From the IMG/VR virus record IMGVR_UViG_3300044971_003295, positions 1-57,994 of that record: a stretch of 57,994 nucleotides of DNA; one strand, 5' to 3'. The notes below the pieces were generated by a model. The model was given only the letters and a program-made list of their open reading frames with translations, was not told where the DNA came from and searched no databases. How positions within the stretch are numbered: the stretch's first letter is position 1; each line of letters starts with the position of its first letter. Shown here one piece after another: positions 50,421-57,449 of this stretch. The position numbers and the translations under genes were made by a program. The stretch comes from a virus. Its lineage: Duplodnaviria; Caudoviricetes.

Positions 50421-50548
50421 CCCCGAACTGCCCTGCCTAGTCCCCCCACTAGGCAGGGTTTCGGCGTGAAAAAAATTTGCCGCTGCGCGGCAAAAAAATT
50501 TGCCGCTGCGCGGCAAAAATAATTTTGCGGCTGCGCCGCAAATAAAAT

Positions 50549-50797
50549 CGCTCAACGCGCTTCGCTTGGCCGCCGCGATCTTCCCCGGGTCGATAGCTGA
50601 ACGCTCCTTCGTCGCTTTTCAGCCTCCCCGGGTTCAGACGCTGCTGCCTTCGCTTCGGCGTTTCGCGAATAAAAATGCCGCTTTGCTTCGCTCAGCTGCT
50701 TAGGTCTCCACGGCCGGCGGGCAATCCCGGCTTCGCTGCGCTCATCGGGATGCACCTTGGCCGGGTCGAACCACGCAGCCTCCGCTCGCGACGCGGC
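50549..50797. other. GC-rich non-coding insert rich in GCTTCGC/GCTGCGC mini-hairpins
   Basis: Interrupts one repeat unit between its hairpins and its CATTTA box. Confidence 0.6.
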
Positions 50798-50926
50798 AAA
50801 ATAAAAAATAAAATCTAAATCTAAATCTCATTTACAAAAGACACGCTGCTCCGCCCGTTTGACTAACGTGCCGTTTCGTGATTGACTTAGTGTGCGGGCA
50901 AGCCCGCAGAAAACGAGGTGATGTAA

Positions 50927-51139
50927 ATGAGTTTCGGAATTGATGTTCGGTATCCCGATGTCTTTGTCCAACTTACGGGCGAAGATGGGAACTCCGTTTC
51001 CATTATGGGTCGGGTTGCTAAGGCACTAAGAGATGCTGATGTGCCTAAGGAAGAAATTGACGAATACTACGCTCAATCAATGAGCGGAGATTACGACAAT
51101 CTTCTACGCACCGCTGCCGAGTGGGTATCGGTAGGGTAA
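50927..51139 (+). CDS. Cassette gene: small protein (V.L.G.DGN...I.G.V..AL...SGDY..LL type)
   Basis: Recognisable motif; GAGGTG RBS. Confidence 0.75.
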   Translation: MSFGIDVRYPDVFVQLTGEDGNSVSIMGRVAKALRDADVPKEEIDEYYAQSMSGDYDNLLRTAAEWVSVG

Positions 51140-51198
51140 TCTCCAACACCTGAGCAAGTGTCTAAAAGGCTCACAACCCTAACAAGAAAAGAAAAGAG

Positions 51199-51402
51199 AT
51201 GAAAATGGGCGGACATAAATCCGAACTCTTCACCGCCGATAGCCCAGGCTATCGAGTGCGGTTCAGAGAATACGCCAAAAATTGGTGGCTATACGAAGAC
51301 AGCAAAGGCAAGGAGTGGGTCAAGAAATTTGACGACCCCAGCTCAGCCAAATCGTTTGCCAACAATCTAATCACGACTAATCTGATTTTGTCTGGTTTGT
51401 AG
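51199..51402 (+). CDS. Cassette gene: hypothetical protein
   Basis: ORF following a pseudoknot copy. Confidence 0.55.
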   Translation: MKMGGHKSELFTADSPGYRVRFREYAKNWWLYEDSKGKEWVKKFDDPSSAKSFANNLITTNLILSGL

Positions 51403-51584
51403 CGAGTGCTGAGAAAGGCGACCTTTGCGGTCGCCTTTCTTGGCGTTTCGCACAAATAAAAAATAAAACCAAAAACCTCATTTACAAAGGACACGCCGTC
51501 CCCGCCGAATTGACTAAGTGCCGCAATTGTGGCAAACTGAAAGAGCAACACCTAACCCAAGCACCGCTAACAAAGGAAGACAAA

Positions 51585-51791
51585 ATGCCTGAATACAAAC
51601 TAACAGCAGCAAAAAAGAACCAAATCGCTTCGGTATTCTTCTCAGCACCATCAAACCAAGACGCAATTCTAAAAGCAGTATTTCGTATCTTAGACAACGC
51701 TCGCCTAGACCCTAATAGTTGTTGGGCAATTGGCAAGGTCACCCTAAGCGACAGCAAAGGCGAAACAATTTCAGAAATTCCAGCCAAATAG
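51585..51791 (+). CDS. Cassette gene: hypothetical protein
   Basis: AAGGA RBS. Confidence 0.65.
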   Translation: MPEYKLTAAKKNQIASVFFSAPSNQDAILKAVFRILDNARLDPNSCWAIGKVTLSDSKGETISEIPAK

Positions 51792-52047
51792 GAAAGCACC
51801 GACCCCTGCCGAAAGGCAGGGTTAGGTGCGTTGGCGGAAAATAAAAAATTTGCGGCTGCGCCGCAAAAAATAAAAAATGCGGCTGCGCCGCAAAAGCAAA
51901 AGCTTCATTTAGAAAAGACACGCGCCGCCCGCCGTTTGCGTTTGTCTGCCGTCTATGGCAGACTTAGACCATAACAGAATACCTAGCAGGGTAGGCAACC
52001 CCCCCGCCTGCCCTGCTAGGACAATCCAACTAACTAGGAGAAAAAAA

Positions 52048-52284
52048 ATGTTATTTACCGCAATTATGCTATGTGCCTTGACGCTAGCAACTTTCGTTTC
52101 TAATTCGGTTATCAGCACACTATTTGCCGAAGCAATCCACTTGGGAAGTGCCGAAGAAATTTGGTTGTTCGGCAGTATTTGGTTTGTGTTGCTTATCAAT
52201 TCCGTAGTCTTAGCAGGTGTGGCAATCAAAGAAATTATGGACTACAACGACAACCGCCCACGCTATCCACTCCGCAACAGATAA
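52048..52284 (+). CDS. Cassette gene: two-TM membrane protein
   Basis: AGGAG RBS; two hydrophobic helices. Confidence 0.65.
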   Translation: MLFTAIMLCALTLATFVSNSVISTLFAEAIHLGSAEEIWLFGSIWFVLLINSVVLAGVAIKEIMDYNDNRPRYPLRNR

Positions 52285-52487
52285 CCCCGAAATGCCCTGC
52301 CTAGTTTACGCTAGGCAGGGTTTCGGCGTTGCGGATCAAAAATAAAAATGCGGCTGCGCCGCAAAAATAAAAAATAAAACCAAAAGCTCATTTACAAAAG
52401 ACACGCCGCCCCCGTTGTTTGCGTTTGTCGCTATTCTATGTTTAGATAGTAGTGCGGAACTACCCGCCTAATTAGGAGATGATGTAA

Positions 52488-52802
52488 GTGCCAGAACTAG
52501 AAAGCAAATTCACTTGGTCCGTATTCTCAGACAACAACTGCCAATGCGGACAAGAACACTCTTTCGAGACAGACAAACTGCCAGACATTAGCCAGCCCGT
52601 AGTTATCCAAGATGTTTGGAATTGCGGAGAAGTTTGGTATAACTTCTTCTCAAACGGGGATAACGAATTCTACGCAGACCCGAAACACGAACTCTGCCCC
52701 GTCTGCCAGACGAACGCTATGCCGAAAGACCAAGCGAGTTGGTGTGATGAGTGTGTAGCCTTAGACGAACGCCGAGCCGAGCGAGCGTTATACGGAGAAT
52801 AA
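52488..52802 (+). CDS. Cassette gene: Cys-rich protein
   Basis: AGGAG RBS; CQC..H, CPVC..CDEC. Confidence 0.65.
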   Translation: MPELESKFTWSVFSDNNCQCGQEHSFETDKLPDISQPVVIQDVWNCGEVWYNFFSNGDNEFYADPKHELCPVCQTNAMPKDQASWCDECVALDERRAERALYGE

Positions 52803-53025
52803 CCACCAAGCCACTTGCCTAGTATCTACCCCCCTAGATACTAGGCAAGTTTGGCGGCGGAAAATAAAAAATTTGCGGCTGCGCCGCAAAATAAAACCAA
52901 AAATAAAAAATAAAATCAAAAGCACCATTAGAAAAGCCACGCCGCTCCCGCCGTTTGCGTTTGTCTGCCGTCTATGGCAGACTTAGAGCGTAGCACCACC
53001 ACACCCTAAATCAAAGGAAATCACA

Positions 53026-53157
53026 ATGCCAGAGTATCTTGGACTATGCCAAACCTGCGCCGAACGACACCCTGAACACCGACCAGCCGTTGCTATCTAT
53101 TGGACACTTCTAGGTGGTATGTGTGCCGAACACTTCGCAACTTATGAACAAAACTAA
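53026..53157 (+). CDS. Cassette gene: 43-aa CxxC..C..H peptide
   Basis: AAGGA RBS. Confidence 0.55.
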   Translation: MPEYLGLCQTCAERHPEHRPAVAIYWTLLGGMCAEHFATYEQN

Positions 53158-53284
53158 ATAACACCGAGCCACTCACCGAGTATCTACCCCCCCCCCAGAT
53201 ACTCGGTGAGTTTCGGCGGCGGAAAATAAAAAAAATTTTTTCCGCTTACGCGGAAAAATAAATTTTGCTGCTCCGCAGCAAAAT

Positions 53285-53846
53285 AAAATGAGCTCGCGCA
53301 GCTCGCACTCATTTTCAAAACCAAAGGCAAAATGAGCTCGCGCAGCTCGCACTCATTTTCAAAGCTCGGTGCTCGTACCTGTGCTTGGCTTCCAGCCGCG
53401 AGCAAGTCGCGTCTTCAGCCTACGCACGGTACTCGACACCTTGATGGCATCCCTCGCACAAGTGCTCGGTATGCTTGTTCGCAACTGCATCCGCAGTATG
53501 CTCACGCGGTACTCGCTGCGCTCGTCCGCCCATTGAAAGCATGGCAGCTCGCTCCACTCGCCTCGCGGTCCAGAGCCGGGAAACCCGTCTCTTCCCGCTT
53601 CGCCGGGAGCTCGGCCCTTTTTACGCATTACTCGCAGGCGCTCGTAATGCTGTTCGCAACTGCATCCGCAGTATGCTCACTCGGAGCTCGCGTTGCTCGC
53701 CCGATTGTTTGAGGCATGGTACCCGTCCCCCCTAAGCTCGCTACGCTCGCGGGGACGGCCCCTTTAGACGCATCATTCGCCGTTGCTCATGATGCTGCTC
53801 GCTCCCGCATCCGCGGTCGCTCCCTGAGTGTTCGCTACGCTCACCT
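53285..53846. repeat. Non-coding block of direct repeats and hairpins closing the array
   Basis: 35-bp repeat at 53285 and 53329; 30-bp repeat at 53476 and 53651; many GCTCGC/GCTACGC. Confidence 0.75.
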
Positions 53847-53879
53847 GTATTTCTTGGAATAGGTGCTATACTGTATGAC

Positions 53880-54122
53880 ATGGAAGACAATACAATCGAC
53901 AGTACCGATGACCTACAAAAGGGAATCGAAGACTCAAAGAACCTTGTTCTATATGCCTACAGCAAATGGATTAAGGGAGACTACAAGCCGACAGACCAAG
54001 CGCGGGAAGATTTAGTCAATATTGAAGTCAATTTTAGAATTGCTGGCAGCGTCCTCGATTATGAACAGCACGGCAAACTTTCCCAGTTTAGACAGGAATG
54101 TTTAGTAGCCTTAGGAATGTAG
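53880..54122 (+). CDS. Hypothetical protein (probably leaderless)
   Basis: TGCTATACT extended -10 directly upstream. Confidence 0.6.
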   Translation: MEDNTIDSTDDLQKGIEDSKNLVLYAYSKWIKGDYKPTDQAREDLVNIEVNFRIAGSVLDYEQHGKLSQFRQECLVALGM

Positions 54123-54137
54123 ACCTAGCCAGTCAGA

Positions 54138-54170
54138 AGAAAACTCTCAGAAATCTGAGAGTTTTTTCTT
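54138..54170 (+). terminator. Intrinsic terminator
   Basis: AAAAACTCTCAG-AAAT-CTGAGAGTTTTT. Confidence 0.7.
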
Positions 54171-54281
54171 GCTTTCGGGCCAAACCTTACGGTAAACTAT
54201 TAGGACACCCCTGGAAAGGTGTACGGGAGACCCCAACAAGATACGACCGAGTACTAACTACCAAGGAAAGGTAGGTCGAGA

Positions 54282-54932
54282 ATGAAAAGGTTACTGATAA
54301 CTGGAGCTGTACTAGGAATGACCATGTCCATCACTGGATGTGTAACTCCGAATGCGGCTGCGGAACCTATACAAGTAAATAAAGCGTTGAGCGTAAGTTC
54401 AACAACTGCTGAAGATCCACTAGCGTTTGCGGATGATGCCAAAAGAATACCGAGCATCACTCCTGTTGACAGCATCGTAGAAAGTGAGCGGAAGCAGGGC
54501 ATTGTTCGTAAGCTATATGACAATACCGTCAAGATCAACCAAATTGTAGCTAAGCTGAAGAAGACTGCAGGCAAGACCTGGTATGTTTTCTCAGGAGCGA
54601 CTCCCGGTGGTTGGGACTGTTCGGGTCTAGTCATGTGGGCATACGGACAAGTGGGAGTAACACTCGAACACAGAGCTTCGTTACAGGCTAAAGCCGGTAC
54701 CGTAGTTAAAGAACCTGTGATCGGAGATATTGTTGCTTACTTCTACCGAGGCAGTAAGAGCGCATTCCATGTTGGAATCTATATTGGAGATGGAAAAGTA
54801 ATCCATGCACCAAGACCAGGTACCAGCACGAGAATCGAATCTGCTACCAAGGGAGAGTTCAATACCCCAGGCGTGAAGGTCAAGTACATACGGCTTGTCC
54901 CTCAGGTCATCGATGGGAAACTGACTCTGTAA
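54282..54932 (+). CDS. NlpC/P60 peptidoglycan endopeptidase with lipoprotein-like signal
   Basis: GWDCSGLV..AY, HVGIYIG.G..IHA; N-terminal K/R, hydrophobic stretch, ITGC. Confidence 0.88.
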   Translation: MKRLLITGAVLGMTMSITGCVTPNAAAEPIQVNKALSVSSTTAEDPLAFADDAKRIPSITPVDSIVESERKQGIVRKLYDNTVKINQIVAKLKKTAGKTWYVFSGATPGGWDCSGLVMWAYGQVGVTLEHRASLQAKAGTVVKEPVIGDIVAYFYRGSKSAFHVGIYIGDGKVIHAPRPGTSTRIESATKGEFNTPGVKVKYIRLVPQVIDGKLTL

Positions 54933-55044
54933 GCACAAAGTCAAGGTGGAACAGCTACACGCTGCTTGGCTCACAACTTAATATTGCGGAAGACCCTGGC
55001 GTTTTGCTGGGGTCTTCCTGTTTCTATAGTGCTATGATGTAGAC

Positions 55045-55257
55045 ATGGAAATTTTTATATACGGAATGATAGTTCTAGGAGTCGTAGTATTCTTTTGCGC
55101 AGCGCTCCTAGCCGCCTTAGCTATGCTAAGTGCCGCCTTTGTAGGTGACCCAGAATTTGAATTCGAAAGCTATCTAGACGATAAGCCTAAAGAAGACATG
55201 CCGATGCCGTTACTTGGTGTCGTCCAACCAAAAGAGAAAAGAGATACAAATGCCTAG
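55045..55257 (+). CDS. Single-TM membrane protein
   Basis: Hydrophobic N-terminus; TGCTATGAT upstream. Confidence 0.6.
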   Translation: MEIFIYGMIVLGVVVFFCAALLAALAMLSAAFVGDPEFEFESYLDDKPKEDMPMPLLGVVQPKEKRDTNA

Positions 55258-55420
55258 TTGGCTAATCAAGATTAGAGACATCATCTGGTCGTCAGTGTTT
55301 GCGGTAGTGCTTTCAGTTGCTGCCGTCTTAGTTGCAATCATTGCCCCTGGCGCATTGTCATTGTCAATTTCCCTAGGACTAGCAGCAGTCACATCAGCTC
55401 TTCTAGCTCAGAGAGTCTAA
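55250..55420 (+). CDS. Two-TM membrane protein
   Basis: Hydrophobic, 56 aa. Confidence 0.6.
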   Translation: MPSWLIKIRDIIWSSVFAVVLSVAAVLVAIIAPGALSLSISLGLAAVTSALLAQRV

Positions 55421-55468
55421 AGTACTATACAATAGGAACGTCAACCATAACAGTTAGGAAGGCCCCTC

Positions 55469-55963
55469 ATGTCTGAGGAACTCAAACCAGATGTAGAACT
55501 AGAGATTGTTGCTGAGCCAGTCGTAGAAGAAGCTGAGCCAGTCGTAGAAGAAGTTGAGCCAGAGCCTGTAGCAGTAGCTCCAGAACCTCCAAGGCGGACC
55601 ATTGTCCCTGTGCCTGTCAACATCGAAGAGGTCATTGCAAGACTTGAGGAAGAAGCGGTTAAGCCTGCAGGTCCTTTCGTCATTAGTGCTGATGCCGAAG
55701 TAGATACAGTCAAGGTGTCAGCTATCAAGTTCAAGAACCTAAGTGCACGTCGTTCGATTAGTGTCTACCACACCCAGCGTCGTCTTAAAGAACTAGGATA
55801 TGCCGAAGCTGGTGCAGATCGCGAAGGATTCTATGCGGAGGGTACTAAAGTAGCTATGGAGAAGTTCCAAGCTGACAAAGGGCTTGCGGTAGAAGGTATG
55901 CCGAATCTAGAGACCTTAGAAAAGCTTTTTGATGGTGATGTGAATGTTAAGGTAGAAGAATAG
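55469..55963 (+). CDS. Acidic protein with C-terminal peptidoglycan-binding domain
   Basis: E/P/V-rich N-terminus; Q.RL..LGY....G.Y...T..A...FQ...GL...G. Confidence 0.7.
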   Translation: MSEELKPDVELEIVAEPVVEEAEPVVEEVEPEPVAVAPEPPRRTIVPVPVNIEEVIARLEEEAVKPAGPFVISADAEVDTVKVSAIKFKNLSARRSISVYHTQRRLKELGYAEAGADREGFYAEGTKVAMEKFQADKGLAVEGMPNLETLEKLFDGDVNVKVEE

Positions 55964-56036
55964 GGTATATAAGGGTTCAACTCTAGCAGCCACCCCTAGA
56001 CAAATATACTGTAATCTAACCCTGATACAATAAATC

Positions 56037-57449
56037 ATGGCTAAAAGTTTAATGGAGACCATATCTCTCCTCCCCCCTGAAGAACAGGCGCTGGCACTTG
56101 CCGGTATGGATCCCGATGCATTGCTGTGGGATTGGTCAGTATGGGGTAGACCCGAACAACAGGCACCTGCCGGTGACGACTGGGCTATCTGGGCATACAT
56201 TGCCGGACGTGGTGCAGGTAAAACCAGGACAGCTGCTGAGTGGGTCCGAGAGCAGGCTAAGTATACGACTGAAGGTCAGAGGCGCTTTGCCCTGGTTGCC
56301 CGTACTGCTGCCGACGTACGTGACGTCATCGTCGAAGGTGAATCCGGGATCATGAATGTGACCCCTCCATCTGAACGTCCACTCTACGAACCTTCAAAGC
56401 GAAGGCTGACTTGGCCAAACGGTAATACCGCGACATGCTTCACAGCCGATGAGCCCGACTCACTACGTGGTCCTCAGTTCAGTCATGCATGGGGCGATGA
56501 GGTTGCCGCCTGGAGACAAACTCCAGATGCCGCAGGTATGACAGCTTTCGATAACCTTCGTGTTGGAACCCGTCTTGGAGCTAACCCAAAGATCATGGTC
56601 ACCACCACGCCTAAGCGGGTGCCTCTGCTTTATAAGCTCATCGAGGAAGCTAAGACTGGCCGTGTCGTTATTACCAGGGGATCGACCCTGGACAATTCGG
56701 GTAACCTATCCGGTGCCTACCTCGATGCCATCACTGGTGTCTATGCCGGGACTCGCCTAGCCGCTCAGGAACTGTATGGTGAGATGCTTGACGATGTTGA
56801 AGGCGCACTTTGGACTGAAGAAATGCTTGAAGCCGGTCGTGAAGGCTACATGCCACTAGGTACACCACTGCGCATCATTGGCGTTGACCCCAGCGTTGCC
56901 GAGAACCCTCGAGATGAATGTGGGATTGTTGTTTGCGCTTCGACATCTGATCGAGACCTTTATAAGCGTCAAGCCTGGGTCCTCGAAGATGCTTCAGTCT
57001 TAGGCTCGCCGGATAAGTGGGCTAATAAGGTTGTTGAGATGGCTCGCAAATGGGGATGCCCTGTCGTTGCCGAAGTGAACCAGGGTGGAGCCTTAGTTCG
57101 CAATGCCATTAATGCCATTGACCCCAACATCACAGTTCTTGAGGTCCACTCGAAACACGGTAAGGCTTTACGTGCCGAGCCTGTAACTCTAGCCTATGAA
57201 CAACGTCGTGTTCACCACATAGGCTACCTGGCTGATCTCGAAAGCCAGATGACTTCGTGGGTTCCAGGTGAAGGTAAGTCTCCAGACCGCGTTGACGCTC
57301 TAGTTCACGCCCTCACAGCCTTACTTATCAAGCCTCCATCAGGATTTACAGGTGGGCGCATCAGTGCTAAGTCTATGGCAGATAGAAAACTAGATTTAGG
57401 CAGGGGCACAGGCACAGGGCGCTCTGGAGGCATTTTCAGGGTAAGATAA
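56037..57449 (+). CDS. terL: Terminase large subunit
   Basis: AGRGAGKT Walker A, LRGPQF..AW.DE Walker B, TTTP, GVDP nuclease motif, SPDRVDA. Confidence 0.92.
   Translation: MAKSLMETISLLPPEEQALALAGMDPDALLWDWSVWGRPEQQAPAGDDWAIWAYIAGRGAGKTRTAAEWVREQAKYTTEGQRRFALVARTAADVRDVIVEGESGIMNVTPPSERPLYEPSKRRLTWPNGNTATCFTADEPDSLRGPQFSHAWGDEVAAWRQTPDAAGMTAFDNLRVGTRLGANPKIMVTTTPKRVPLLYKLIEEAKTGRVVITRGSTLDNSGNLSGAYLDAITGVYAGTRLAAQELYGEMLDDVEGALWTEEMLEAGREGYMPLGTPLRIIGVDPSVAENPRDECGIVVCASTSDRDLYKRQAWVLEDASVLGSPDKWANKVVEMARKWGCPVVAEVNQGGALVRNAINAIDPNITVLEVHSKHGKALRAEPVTLAYEQRRVHHIGYLADLESQMTSWVPGEGKSPDRVDALVHALTALLIKPPSGFTGGRISAKSMADRKLDLGRGTGTGRSGGIFRVR

Larger units (their letters stand above)
38165..51173 (+). 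ncRNA. 11 copies of a ~28-nt H-type RNA pseudoknot just downstream of stop codons
   Basis: N3-5-CTGAGCAA-N'3-5-(A-rich 5-7 nt)-TGCTCA at 38165, 38808, 39362, 41382, 42325, 42734, 44640, 46062, 46298, 47804, 51146; both stems covary. Confidence 0.8.
38291..52984 (+). promoter_or_regulatory. 22 repeated sigma70-type early promoters
   Basis: -35 TTGACT/TTGCGT/TTGCGA-type boxes at 38291, 38934, 39614, 40606, 41087, 41964, 42879, 43521, 44194, 44758, 45578, 46416, 47302, 48148, 48855, 49463, 50091, 50859, 51511, 51936, 52419, 52955; 17-18 nt spacer, usually ending TGN; -10 of the TAGATT/TAAACT/CAAACT/AAGACT type. Confidence 0.8.
38209..53283 (+). repeat. Array of ~23 related intergenic repeat units (A-tracts, GC-TNC-GC hairpins, CATTTA box, promoter)
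   Basis: Consensus AAAATAAAAAAT-[hairpin]n-AAAATAAAAAATAAAATCAAAAGCTCATTTACAAAAGACACGCCGC..CCG-TTTG(AC/CG)T. Confidence 0.95.

Noticed and set aside
38165-51173. Hammerhead ribozyme or preQ1/SAM-II riboswitch for the CTGAG...AAAC motif
   Set aside because: It lacks the CUGANGA/GAAA three-stem core and the ligand-binding consensus, and it sits after stop codons rather than in leaders
38165-51173. Programmed stop-codon readthrough as the main role of the pseudoknots
   Set aside because: Spacers vary from 4 to 13 nt, stops are mixed TAA/TAG, and several copies lead straight into A-tract repeats; not excluded but disfavoured
38209-53283. CRISPR array
   Set aside because: The repeats are long, degenerate and variable, the intervening DNA is several hundred bp of promoter-driven genes, and there are no cas genes in the window
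38209-53283. Classical integron
   Set aside because: No tyrosine integrase, no GTTRRRY/RYYYAAC attC ends seen, and each cassette has its own promoter
53184-53735. ORFs 53184-53405, 53332-53712, 53359-53628, 53475-53735 and 50500-50755
   Set aside because: No RBS, and low-complexity R/S/A/L translations of structured repeat DNA
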